From contig CAVUDW010000003.1 of NCBI GenBank assembly GCA_963740355.1, forward strand, positions 2,272,001 through 2,336,000: DNA of 64,000 nucleotides. Reading direction: 5' to 3'. Shown here piece by piece: positions 53,416 to 61,631 of the stretch. The notes beneath the pieces were generated by a model. It was not told where the DNA came from. It saw only the letters and a list, made by a program, of their open reading frames with translations, and made no database searches. Each line of letters opens with the position of its first letter. The first letter of the stretch is position 1. Made by a program: the position numbers and the translations under genes. The stretch is from an uncultured Gemmatimonadaceae bacterium. Its GTDB lineage: Bacteria; Gemmatimonadota; Gemmatimonadetes; Gemmatimonadales; Gemmatimonadaceae.

Positions 53416-53883
53416 TCACGGAGTTGGTCCATGCGTATCCCCAACTGTGCGGATCGTCCACGCACCGTCGATTAGCACGACGCTAGCGCACGCAGGGCCC
53501 CCGTCACGCGCCATGCCATCTACGGCGCCGTCGAGGACGATAGGCGGCGTCACCCCCAGCAACGCGGCGATGTCGATGGTAGCGAGTGGCACCTTCGCCC
53601 GACGGTCCCAGCCCGACATCAAATCGCCGGCACGTTTTCCCGAGTTGACGTAGACGAAGCGAGCAGCGGGCGGCCCTTGTATCGCAGTTCCACGGAGCTG
53701 CAGCGTGCCGCGCTGATTCGGCCCGAGCGTCAACGGTACCTCGAACAGCAGGCGGTCGTGGTCGACATGCACCGGCGCCAGCAACGCATCGCGGCCGAGC
53801 TGCACCGCCCAACGCACGCCCGGCGGCGGCCGCACGATGCTGAGGCGGAGGGTGACGGGAATGTCAGTCTGCGGCGCGCTCAT
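53416..53883 (-). CDS. DUF5990-like protein
   Basis: QGPPAARFVYVNSG, WDRRAKVPL, DGGPACASV. Confidence 0.7.
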   Translation of the reverse strand: MSAPQTDIPVTLRLSIVRPPPGVRWAVQLGRDALLAPVHVDHDRLLFEVPLTLGPNQRGTLQLRGTAIQGPPAARFVYVNSGKRAGDLMSGWDRRAKVPLATIDIAALLGVTPPIVLDGAVDGMARDGGPACASVVLIDGAWTIRTVGDTHGPTP

Positions 53884-54119
53884 GCGAGAACCCGACAGTC
53901 GCTGGCACAGGTCGCGCTCGGGAACATGATCTCGGTGATGCCCGGTGTGTTCGCCTTCATGGACTGTCGCCGATCTCCATGATGTTCGATGAGTACGGTC
54001 GCTCGAGATCAGCGGCAGCGGCGCTACGCAATCCACGCCGACACGCGACAAGGTACGCGCCGCGTTCTGCTGCAACAACTCGCGGGATCTCGGACGCCGA
54101 CGATGACGCGAGGCGCCAC

Positions 54120-54701
54120 TTAGCGATGCAGCGTTTCCCTTCGCTGCAGCATGGCGACGAACTCTGCGATCCGACGTGCGCGCGTCTCAGCTTTGACGGC
54201 GGCCTGAATCCGATACAGGATCGCATATCGGTTCGCGCCCTTCAGCGACTCGAAGAACACTCGCGCCTCCGGATGTGCATCGAGTGCCGCGTGCAGGTCG
54301 CTCGGCACACTCATCGTGCGCGCGGAGTCATAGGCGCGGTCCCAACGACCATCGCCCTTGGCGGCTTCCACGGCAGCACGTCCTGCAGCCTGCATCTCCC
54401 CCGCTGCAGTCAGACGCTCGACATGCTCGCGGTTCCGCTTCGACCAGGGGCTGCGCTTCTGTCGCGGCGTGAACTTCTGGAGGAAGGAATCCCCGTCGTA
54501 ACTCTTCTTCTGCCCATCGATCCAGCCGAAGCAGAGCGCGAGGTCGAGCGCTTCCGCATACGTGACGGATCGAAAGGGCGAGGCGGCCTTTGCGATCCGT
54601 AGCCAGAGCCCGGGCTCAGTGGCATGATGAACGCTGAGCCACGTGCGGAACGCGGTCGGATCAGCGAAGAGTACGATTGGGTAGTCGGTCGCCGGCGCCA
54701 C
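54120..54701 (-). CDS. YdeI/OmpD-associated protein
   Basis: ALCFGWIDG, FTPR...S.WS..N, NRYAILYRI..A.K.ETR.RRI. Confidence 0.9.
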   Translation of the reverse strand: MAPATDYPIVLFADPTAFRTWLSVHHATEPGLWLRIAKAASPFRSVTYAEALDLALCFGWIDGQKKSYDGDSFLQKFTPRQKRSPWSKRNREHVERLTAAGEMQAAGRAAVEAAKGDGRWDRAYDSARTMSVPSDLHAALDAHPEARVFFESLKGANRYAILYRIQAAVKAETRARRIAEFVAMLQRRETLHR

Positions 54702-54741
54702 GGTCAGTCACGAAAGAGGTGAGTACGGCGCACGCCAGCCC

Positions 54742-55242
54742 TCAGAGCCTTCGCTCCCAACGCCAGACCGGACCATCGTCGGGATCGACCACGTCGCCCA
54801 CGTTCACAAAACCCACCTTTTCGAGGACGCGGGTCGACGCACTCGACTCCGGAAGAGTATGCGCGACGAGCAGCCCTGCGGCAGCAGGAGCGGATTTCGC
54901 CAGTTGCACCAAGCCAGCGGCCATCGCACTGGCGATGCCTCGACCTTCTTCGCCCGGAAACGTGAAGTAGGCCAGTTCCACCGCTCCAGACGCATCTGGC
55001 CCGCTCTTGAATCCACACGAGCCGACCACGCGGCGCGATCCGCCGTCGAGCGCGAGGTATCCGCCCCACGGTGTCGACACTGGATGCGCGACGAGCATCG
55101 CTGCGGTGGCGCCGGCGATTGCGATAGTCGTCGCCTCGTGCGGCGCCAACGTGATGGCGTGCTGCTGCGCACACGACGCGGGCTCACGTGCGAGATGATC
55201 GGCGGTGTCATGGTCCAACGCGAACAGGGTCAGTTGCAGCAT
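54742..55242 (-). CDS. GNAT (RimJ/RimL-like) acetyltransferase
   Basis: VGSCGFK, VELAY, GRGIAS, STRVLEKVGF. Confidence 0.85.
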   Translation of the reverse strand: MLQLTLFALDHDTADHLAREPASCAQQHAITLAPHEATTIAIAGATAAMLVAHPVSTPWGGYLALDGGSRRVVGSCGFKSGPDASGAVELAYFTFPGEEGRGIASAMAAGLVQLAKSAPAAAGLLVAHTLPESSASTRVLEKVGFVNVGDVVDPDDGPVWRWERRL

Positions 55243-55321
55243 GCCTAAGCCTGCACCTCGTCATTACCATCCGCCAGCTCTCCCGACTCGCGCGAATCCC
55301 GATCGACGCGGGCGCCCGTCG

Positions 55322-55876
55322 TCAGCCGCGCTGGTAGTGCATGGCGACCACGCCATTACGAAGCGGCATCGACGAGACCAACTCGAGCCGTCGCGTGCTG
55401 GGGAGCCCCGTCTGATACAAGCTCGGGCCGTGACCGACGATCCTGGGGTGGACGAGGAACTGGTACTCGTCGATCAGGTCCAGACGATCCAGCTCGGTCG
55501 CGAGCGTGCCACTGCCGAGAAGCACGCCGGCGGGAGTTGCATCCTTGAGTTGCTGCACGTTCGCGCGCAGATCGCCGGCAATGTGGTGACTGTTCGCCCA
55601 GGGGAAGTCCGTGCGCGTCGACGATACGACGTACTTCGGCTTCGCATCCAGCTTGACCGCCCACTCGCGCATGCTCGGCGGCGCCGTGACGTCGCCGCGA
55701 GCGACGGCCGGCCAATGGACCTCCATCATCTCGTAGGTGACGCGGCCCCACAGCATCGCCCCGCATTCGTCCAAAAGGCGGGTGAAGAACGCGTGCGTCT
55801 CGTCGTCGGCGATCCCCTCCTGGTGGTCGACGCAGCCGTCCAGGGTGACGTTGAGGCTGAAGGTAAGAAGTCCCAT
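55322..55876 (-). CDS. Dihydrofolate reductase family (RibD C-terminal) protein; probable former cassette
   Basis: NVTLDGC, GRVTYEMM, LIDEY.F.VHP; stop TGA lies inside the GGCTGAC core-like heptamer. Confidence 0.88.
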   Translation of the reverse strand: MGLLTFSLNVTLDGCVDHQEGIADDETHAFFTRLLDECGAMLWGRVTYEMMEVHWPAVARGDVTAPPSMREWAVKLDAKPKYVVSSTRTDFPWANSHHIAGDLRANVQQLKDATPAGVLLGSGTLATELDRLDLIDEYQFLVHPRIVGHGPSLYQTGLPSTRRLELVSSMPLRNGVVAMHYQRG

Positions 55877-55939
55877 CTCGGGCTCTCAGGGTTGGGCGTT
55901 CCGCTAGAGTCTCGCGTGTCGACGAGGTCTCGTCGCAGC

Positions 55940-56046
55940 GGCTGACGGAACAGGGTTCTGTGAAGATGCGGCGGTCGGGTTTCGATCCTGAAGTTGTCCT
56001 GCTCACAATCTCCGCGCCGCTGTGTCAGCAGCAACCAGGGTGAGGC
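55940..56046 (-). repeat. Degenerate attC-like site
   Basis: GGCTGAC GGAACAGGGTTCTG...TGTCAGCAGCAACCAGG GTGAGGC: same arms as the 59-64 kb sites but with altered cores. Confidence 0.7.
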
Positions 56047-56097
56047 TGCAGTGCGACACCGAGCGCCGATTGACTGGCAGTCTTCGTGAATTCCGTT

Positions 56098-56327
56098 TTA
56101 GTCGCCGCGCTGCAAGTACTTCTCGAACACTCTCGACTCCGCTCTAGGCCCGCAGTGGTGAGCTCGACGGACTTCGCGCGACCGCGCGGATTGCAGATCA
56201 ATCCCTGCTGCTCGAGGAGTGCCAACACATCCCAGCTGTGCCCCTTCCATGCCCGATTCGTATCGTGCAACGTGAGATGTAGCAATGCAAGCACGAGTTC
56301 CGCCGCCTTCTCTTCGTCATACGACAC
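56098..56327 (-). pseudogene. DUF6429-like protein with frameshift near the 3' end
   Basis: YDEEK...LALLHL...RAWKG..W..L..L...GLI.NP...AKSV.LT..G; alternative frame gives FEKYLQRGD* ending at 56098. Confidence 0.65.
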
Positions 56328-56628
56328 ACGGCCTCCGCGATTGACCTGCTGATCGAACGACGTTCCACGACACCACTTATGGAAATGTCATTCCGCTCGC
56401 GTTGCAAGCACAACTATTTGTACAGCGCTGAACTTCGGGCTGTCGGCTGGGTGGCAGAGCGCAAAGGCGACAGAGGCGAGGCGCTGTTCGCTCTCCGCGC
56501 TGAAACTCCGGGGAATGCAAGTCCAAGGCTCGATCAGGCCGCCGCCAAGGCTTGCTCCCGCGTGGAGGTGGGACGTCGCCGGACCATGCGCGCGCTACGA
56601 CGTAGCCGCGCCCGCTGAGGGTGACGAT

Positions 56629-56676
56629 GCCCGCTACGGCGCGCGGAATCCCGTCGCACTCGAACGGCTGACCTAC
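56629..56676 (+). mobile_element. IS91-family (Y2) transposase-like remnant, fragment 1
   Basis: Encodes ARYGARNPVALERLTY; continues at 58792 through a shared 17-bp repeat. Family resemblance recalled, not searched. Confidence 0.45.
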
Positions 56677-57011
56677 AACTATCCCGACTGCCGACATCGA
56701 CACCGGAATCGAGGACCTGCACCGCATGGCTCTCCTCAATTGTTCGTCGCGTAGATGCGTGCAGGCGCGACGGCGTCGGCGACACGTCGAACAATTCCCG
56801 CGGCGACATCGAGAGCCCGACATCAGCGAGGCAGTCAGACGACGTGGTCGATGGACTGCAGCTCGCGCGAACACGGACGAGGTGCGCCAGAGTGTGGTAC
56901 ACAGACTCAGGTCACGCATGACGGGTGTACACGCATTACGCTTCCGGGGACAGCGGAGCGGTTCCCGGCCCATCGGCCCGTCAATCCTCCGTCCACACGG
57001 AGGCACGTTCC

Positions 57012-57659
57012 ATGCGACGTTTCGTATCACTCCTCGCACTGTGCGCCTGCGTTCCAGCCGCGGCGCACGCTGGTGACCTGCAGCCCGGCCACGGGATTCT
57101 CGAGTCGATCGTCAGTGACGCCCCGGGTGCGTCGGGGTTCGCCTGGCTTCTGGACGACGGGATCGGCGCGTCGAGCGGCCGTCGCACCGGCATCGCGCCC
57201 GAATTCTGCTTGGGCGTCTGCACCTACAACTTCTCGAACAGCTTTGCGAACAGCCTGCTCGCAGGGACCACGAGTTCGGGTGAGTACACGGCGTTTGCAA
57301 GTTTCGTGTTCAGCGGCCCGTCAGTCGAAGCGCGTGCATGCCCGGTGGAATGCCAGCCCGGCGCGTTTGTCTACTCGGCCACCTGGGCAGACGTCCCGAT
57401 CACCATGACGGGCCAGGTGGACCTGGCCTCGAACGTCGATCCGCGCGTGATCCTTCGCTTCGTGATCGCCGGCTCAGGCATGGCACGGGCGCAGACGTTC
57501 CTGTACCCGAATCAGCCAGCCACCTTCAGCTACCGCCAGCTTCGCTACGATTTCAGGTACGACATCGTACCAGAACCACGGGCCATCATGCTCGTGCTCG
57601 TCGGCATGATGGTGCTCGGCGCGTGGCGACTGCGCGTACGCGTGCGCGCGGCCCAGTGA
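57012..57659 (+). CDS. PEP-CTERM sorting-domain protein (paralog 1)
   Basis: Signal peptide ending AHA; C-terminal VPEP + TM helix + Arg-rich tail; 215 aa. Confidence 0.88.
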   Translation: MRRFVSLLALCACVPAAAHAGDLQPGHGILESIVSDAPGASGFAWLLDDGIGASSGRRTGIAPEFCLGVCTYNFSNSFANSLLAGTTSSGEYTAFASFVFSGPSVEARACPVECQPGAFVYSATWADVPITMTGQVDLASNVDPRVILRFVIAGSGMARAQTFLYPNQPATFSYRQLRYDFRYDIVPEPRAIMLVLVGMMVLGAWRLRVRVRAAQ

Positions 57660-58040
57660 GTCGCTGCTCGCCCCTGACCGGTCGTGTCGGTGGGCGTAGT
57701 GAATACTGGGGCTCGGGCGATTATGTGGTCGCGTTCGCACTTCCCTGACGGTCGCGCCCGCACCCTGCCCCCGTCACGCCCTTTCCGGCTGTAGAACAGC
57801 AGCGGCCGACGTGCTGGCTGCCGCCTGTGTGCAAGGGAAATGCGCACACCCGTGTTTGGGCTGTCTGGAACTTCGTTCAGAGCCAACAACCTCGAGCGAT
57901 GAACGAATGCTCTAGTCGAGTGTGGTGACGCCACGCCATCGCGGGCAGACCGCATCGACATGCGCTACGCTTCAATGACCAACATGCTCGCACGCGCACC
58001 GCGAGCCATGGCGACCACTGTCCACAAGGAGATGCTCCGC

Positions 58041-58688
58041 ATGCGACGCGTCACCGCACTTCTCGCGATCTGCGCCATCCTTCCCGTGGCGGCACATGCC
58101 GGCGATTTTCAGCCTGGCCGCGGGTTTCTGGAGTCGCTTCGGGCTCCATTGCCTCGATACGCATGGTCGATTGCCGATGGGATCTCGTTCACCGACCGTT
58201 ACGGACCCGGCATCGCGCCCGGGGATTGTGTGGGTGTCTGTCCATACAATTTCTCGAATGACTTTTGGGGGGTCACCGAATCGGGTGACTATCAGGTCCA
58301 GGTATTTCTCCACTTCAGCGGGCCGACCGTCACGGCGATCACGAGGTGCGGCCCATACGGGTGTCCGCCCGATCACGTTTTCGGCTCCTACGCGAACGAC
58401 TGGGCGGACGTCCCGATCACGTTGACAGGGGAGGTGCACCTGATCTCGCGCATAGATCCCTTCGTCATCTTCCATTACCTCATTGCAGGATCCGGGACGG
58501 CTCGGGCGGAGACGCGTCAGTTCGCGGTGAATGAGGGCGAGTCCCATGACTACAACCTGCTCCGGTACGAATTCACGTACGACGTGGTGCCGGAGCCGCG
58601 TACCGCAGCGCTGTTCCTCTTCGGCACGATCGCGATCGGTGCCACCAGCCTGACACTGCGACGTCGGCGCGGCGCGGCGCGCGCCTGA
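58041..58688 (+). CDS. PEP-CTERM sorting-domain protein (paralog 2)
   Basis: AAGGAG RBS, signal peptide ending AHA, VPEP + TM + RRRR; 215 aa; clear similarity to paralog 1. Confidence 0.88.
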   Translation: MRRVTALLAICAILPVAAHAGDFQPGRGFLESLRAPLPRYAWSIADGISFTDRYGPGIAPGDCVGVCPYNFSNDFWGVTESGDYQVQVFLHFSGPTVTAITRCGPYGCPPDHVFGSYANDWADVPITLTGEVHLISRIDPFVIFHYLIAGSGTARAETRQFAVNEGESHDYNLLRYEFTYDVVPEPRTAALFLFGTIAIGATSLTLRRRRGAARA

Positions 58689-58789
58689 TCGTGTTCGTGC
58701 GTGCGTCGCTCGCGCACCCTGACAGTGCACCGACAGATGTCGTCATTCCGCGGGCGCAGGCAGCCGCCTTGTTCACGCTGATCGGCACG

Positions 58790-58842
58790 TCGAACGGCTG
58801 ACCTACGACCGAGCCGCCACGGCGGTGACGTACCGGTCGGAG
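58790..58842 (+). mobile_element. IS91-family (Y2) transposase-like remnant, fragment 2
   Basis: Encodes ERLTYDRAATAVTYRSE; starts with TCGAACGGCTGACCTAC, identical to 56660-56676. Confidence 0.45.
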
Positions 58843-59209
58843 TGGCCGGCCTCGCAGGTTGCGAGCACCGCATCAAGATTGGCCACTCGCGACAGGTCTT
58901 TGTCGATTTTGACCGACATTGGGACTGGTGCGTAGTACGCATCACCACGACGCTGAATCGTGACACCCTTCGTGCACAAACTCGCTACCTTCCCGTCCTC
59001 AACGACGAGAATGCCTAGGTGGTCAAGGTCAAGCGTGAGCGCCTCGCAGTACCCAGCATTGAGGCGTAAAGCTCCTGCGCTAAGCGGCGCGACTCACCAG
59101 CGATCGCCGAGCGTATCAGCTGCGTGCTAGGAACGCGGCAACTCTGCGGGCGTCTGCAATCGGCGTTGACGGCGACCATTGCGCCATCTGGTGGACTTGG
59201 TTGATAGCT

Positions 59210-59305
59210 CGCTAACGAGACAGGGTTCTGCTGCAATGCGGCCACGAGATGGCCCGCCCGCTCACGATATCTCGATCGCATTGTCGGCAGCAACCGGCGT
59301 TAGGC
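59210..59305 (-). repeat. attC-like site 1
   Basis: + strand CGCTAAC GAGACAGGG TTCTGCTGCAATGCG...CGCATTGTCGGCAGCAA CCGGC GTTAGGC; 96 bp. Confidence 0.88.
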
Positions 59306-59406
59306 GCGGAAGGGGTCATGCCCGCTTCGCCCGGTACCAGAGTAGAACAGCCGCATGAACAAGCGTTGCCAAATCACGTGCGCACTGAGCCCCATCACGC
59401 AGCACG

Positions 59407-60180
59407 TTAGTACAGTCCGGCGAAGGTGTGACCCACCCAAGCGAGGCCGCGGGCGAGCGACTGACCAACGCCAGACGAGGCGCCTAGCCATGCGCTGACC
59501 TCGACAACGAGGCAGATCGCCAACGCCAGCCAGTACGCCCGGTGGACTCGCCGCTCGCGAAAAGCATCGTACCCGATGCCGCCGAGGATGAACATGTTGG
59601 TCGCCAGAATGCCTGCGGGCGTCGCCCAATCCACGGGACCGAACATCGTCATCACGATGCGAAACCCGGCAGCCCCCAGCCCGGCCGCGCCTGCCACCAG
59701 CATCAGCCGCTTGTGGATCGCGCGGTTCCTGCGCAGGACGATCGCTACGGTGTAGAAGCCGATGAAGAGCACGAGCGTCGCAAAGATCATCAGGCCGAAC
59801 GACGACCAGAAGGACGGCTCTGGCGACGCTACCGCCGCTGCCATCTGCACACCGAGAACTAGCGTGCCGGTAGCCGTCATGACCGCCGCGAGCCCGATGC
59901 TGCTCCAGCCCAGCGTGCGATGCGTGCGCACCCGCCGCGCGTGGATCAGTCCGGCCTGGAGCGGCAGGAGGAGATACCACGCGAAGAAACTCCAGCCATG
60001 GAGATGCACGGCGGGCGCGGCCGCCGGATAGGTGCCTCGGATGTTTGGGCCGAAGTACGTGAACCAGAAGCCAAGGTACGCGGTGGCACTCAAGGCCAGC
60101 GCGGTCAGCAGATAGTGCGCCTCCCGCTGCCGGGAGGGAGCGCCCACGACCACGGGCACGGCATCAGTCATGAGCGCCAT
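59407..60180 (-). CDS. Cassette gene: multi-pass membrane protein
   Basis: HLHG..F..W..L...Q..LI......HR.LG and HKRLM motifs; about 7 TM helices. Confidence 0.8.
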   Translation of the reverse strand: MALMTDAVPVVVGAPSRQREAHYLLTALALSATAYLGFWFTYFGPNIRGTYPAAAPAVHLHGWSFFAWYLLLPLQAGLIHARRVRTHRTLGWSSIGLAAVMTATGTLVLGVQMAAAVASPEPSFWSSFGLMIFATLVLFIGFYTVAIVLRRNRAIHKRLMLVAGAAGLGAAGFRIVMTMFGPVDWATPAGILATNMFILGGIGYDAFRERRVHRAYWLALAICLVVEVSAWLGASSGVGQSLARGLAWVGHTFAGLY

Positions 60181-60268
60181 ACGTCACGCAGGCGTGGGGG
60201 GGACGACACATCGGAACATCATCACGAGTGACCTGCGTGGCAAACACGAGACGTCGAGGTGAAGTAGC

Positions 60269-60412
60269 GCCAAACGAAACTGGGTTTTGCTGCACGGAGT
60301 CCTCCACGCGCGTTCCTGTTCACGTCAGGCGTCGTCGCCTCGACGGGTGAATGTCTGCGGCGACTGGACACCGTCCATACGCCCAGTCATCGGTCACCAA
60401 CCGTCGTTAGGG
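60269..60412 (-). repeat. attC-like site 2 (long, divergent)
   Basis: GCCAAAC GAAACTGGG TTTTGCTGCA...CAACCGTC GTTAGGG; 144 bp; the upstream gene's TAA lies in the core. Confidence 0.7.
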
Positions 60413-60904
60413 GGAGCCCAGAACCGGGAGCGACGGATAGAACCACGCATGTCGGATCAGTCGGTCGCGGACCTCGTAGACGACGAGGCTGGTCTGTCCA
60501 CCGACGCCGGATGACGACGCATCCCATCGTGTTCGTTCGTGCGTCGTCACCCATGGCCCCGTCGCGTCGATCGTGCGCAGCTCCGAGCGCGCTGACGGCA
60601 CGGCACGAAAGTATCCCGAGATCATCCGCCGAAACGCGTCGATGCCGCGTCCTACATCGCTCAGTGAGTCGCCAGCCACGCTCATCCACACCACGTCGCT
60701 CGCGACCACCCTCATCATGGCGTCCAGATCCTTGGCATTGAACGCCGCCACGTACGCACGGACCACCGAGATCGGCGTGGTGTCGCGCGCGCTGTTCACC
60801 GCACGCTGCGCGCCTGCGGCAGCGGTGTGGCCGAGAAGCAGGATGACAAGCAGCATGAGGCGGCCTCGCTCGAGACCATCCAAGAGACAACGTACGTGGC
60901 TCAT
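60407..60904 (-). CDS. Cassette gene: SnoaL/NTF2-like secreted protein
   Basis: YVAAFNAKDLD, GPWV..HE, VYEVRD.LI..AW.Y; ATG directly after the attC core (alternative start 60857). Confidence 0.82.
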   Translation of the reverse strand: MSHVRCLLDGLERGRLMLLVILLLGHTAAAGAQRAVNSARDTTPISVVRAYVAAFNAKDLDAMMRVVASDVVWMSVAGDSLSDVGRGIDAFRRMISGYFRAVPSARSELRTIDATGPWVTTHERTRWDASSSGVGGQTSLVVYEVRDRLIRHAWFYPSLPVLGSP

Positions 60905-60910
60905 CGCTCC

Positions 60911-61007
60911 ACCTAACGAGACAGGGTTCTGCTGCACGGCGACCGCACCTTCCTTATTCCGGGACACCAGCCGCCGGTCGCCGTGGCTGCAACAATCAGG
61001 GTTAGGC
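60911..61007 (-). repeat. attC-like site 3
   Basis: ACCTAAC GAGACAGGG TTCTGCTGCACGGCGACCG...CGGTCGCCGTGGCTGCAACAA TCAGG GTTAGGC; 97 bp. Confidence 0.88.
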
Positions 61008-61032
61008 CGCCCGCAACACGTCCCCGACTGCG

Positions 61033-61233
61033 CTACCGCTCGCGTCGGGCGAGCGCTTGGAAGAAGCTGGGGCTCTGTACCGCGTCAGTGAAGTCGATGC
61101 CAACGATCTCCCACCCATCGGCGCCGAGCTCGTTCAAGTACGCCTCCAGTGCATCTCGTTCCTTGATGCCAAAGAAACCACCGCCCTGCACGTCGTTGGT
61201 GCTGATCAACTTGTACTCCCATCGGCGCGACAT
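61033..61233 (-). CDS. Cassette gene: DUF4177-like protein
   Basis: WEYK, LNELGADGWEIV; AGGAG RBS. Confidence 0.8.
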   Translation of the reverse strand: MSRRWEYKLISTNDVQGGGFFGIKERDALEAYLNELGADGWEIVGIDFTDAVQSPSFFQALARRER

Positions 61234-61261
61234 CGAGTTCTCCTGTGTTGTTCAACTTTGC

Positions 61262-61450
61262 GCGGGCGAGCCACCCCGATGCGGCGATGTCCGCACCGTG
61301 AAGATCCGGTATCTACGGTAGAGCGTCCGCGCTGGAGATGCTTGCCGCGGGCAGATCCAGCACTTCGCTGACCCGGATGGGCAGGTCGCGGACGCAAATT
61401 TGCCCACCACACTGGTCGGGGTTCACGGTAATGGGGTCCTTGAGTTCAAC
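61262..61450 (-). pseudogene. DUF433 antitoxin-like pseudogene
   Basis: ITVNPDQCGGQICVRDLPIRVSEVLDL...; internal TAG at 61313, then IPDLHGADIAA in frame; no start codon. Confidence 0.65.
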
Positions 61451-61535
61451 GGTCTGCCGCGTGCGCCTCGCCCTGGTTGGGAAGGCTGGAAACCTGTCGT
61501 CGAACAAGAGTGCGCAACACCACAGGTGGCTGGCG

Positions 61536-61631
61536 TTCTAACGAGACAGGGTTCTGCTGCAATGCGGCTTCTTGATCCTACGCCTCCTCAACGATGGTCG
61601 GCCGCATTGTCAGCAGCAACCCGGGCTAGGT
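61536..61631 (-). repeat. attC-like site 4 (R'' core AAC>AGC)
   Basis: TTCTAAC GAGACAGGG TTCTGCTGCAATGCGGC...GCCGCATTGTCAGCAGCAA CCCGG GCTAGGT; 96 bp. Confidence 0.88.

Noticed and set aside
55243..55327. Intergenic stretch as an intact attC
   Set aside because: Only core-like heptamers remain at the ends; no family arms or stem, so not called as a feature.
43499..55876. DHFR-like, GNAT and glyoxalase genes as antibiotic-resistance genes
   Set aside because: Generic family motifs only (RibD-C type rather than dfrA/B); no basis for a resistance call.
59015..59293. 92-aa ORF at the distal end of the array
   Set aside because: Starts inside attC site 1 and has no recognisable motifs; more likely a truncated cassette remnant.
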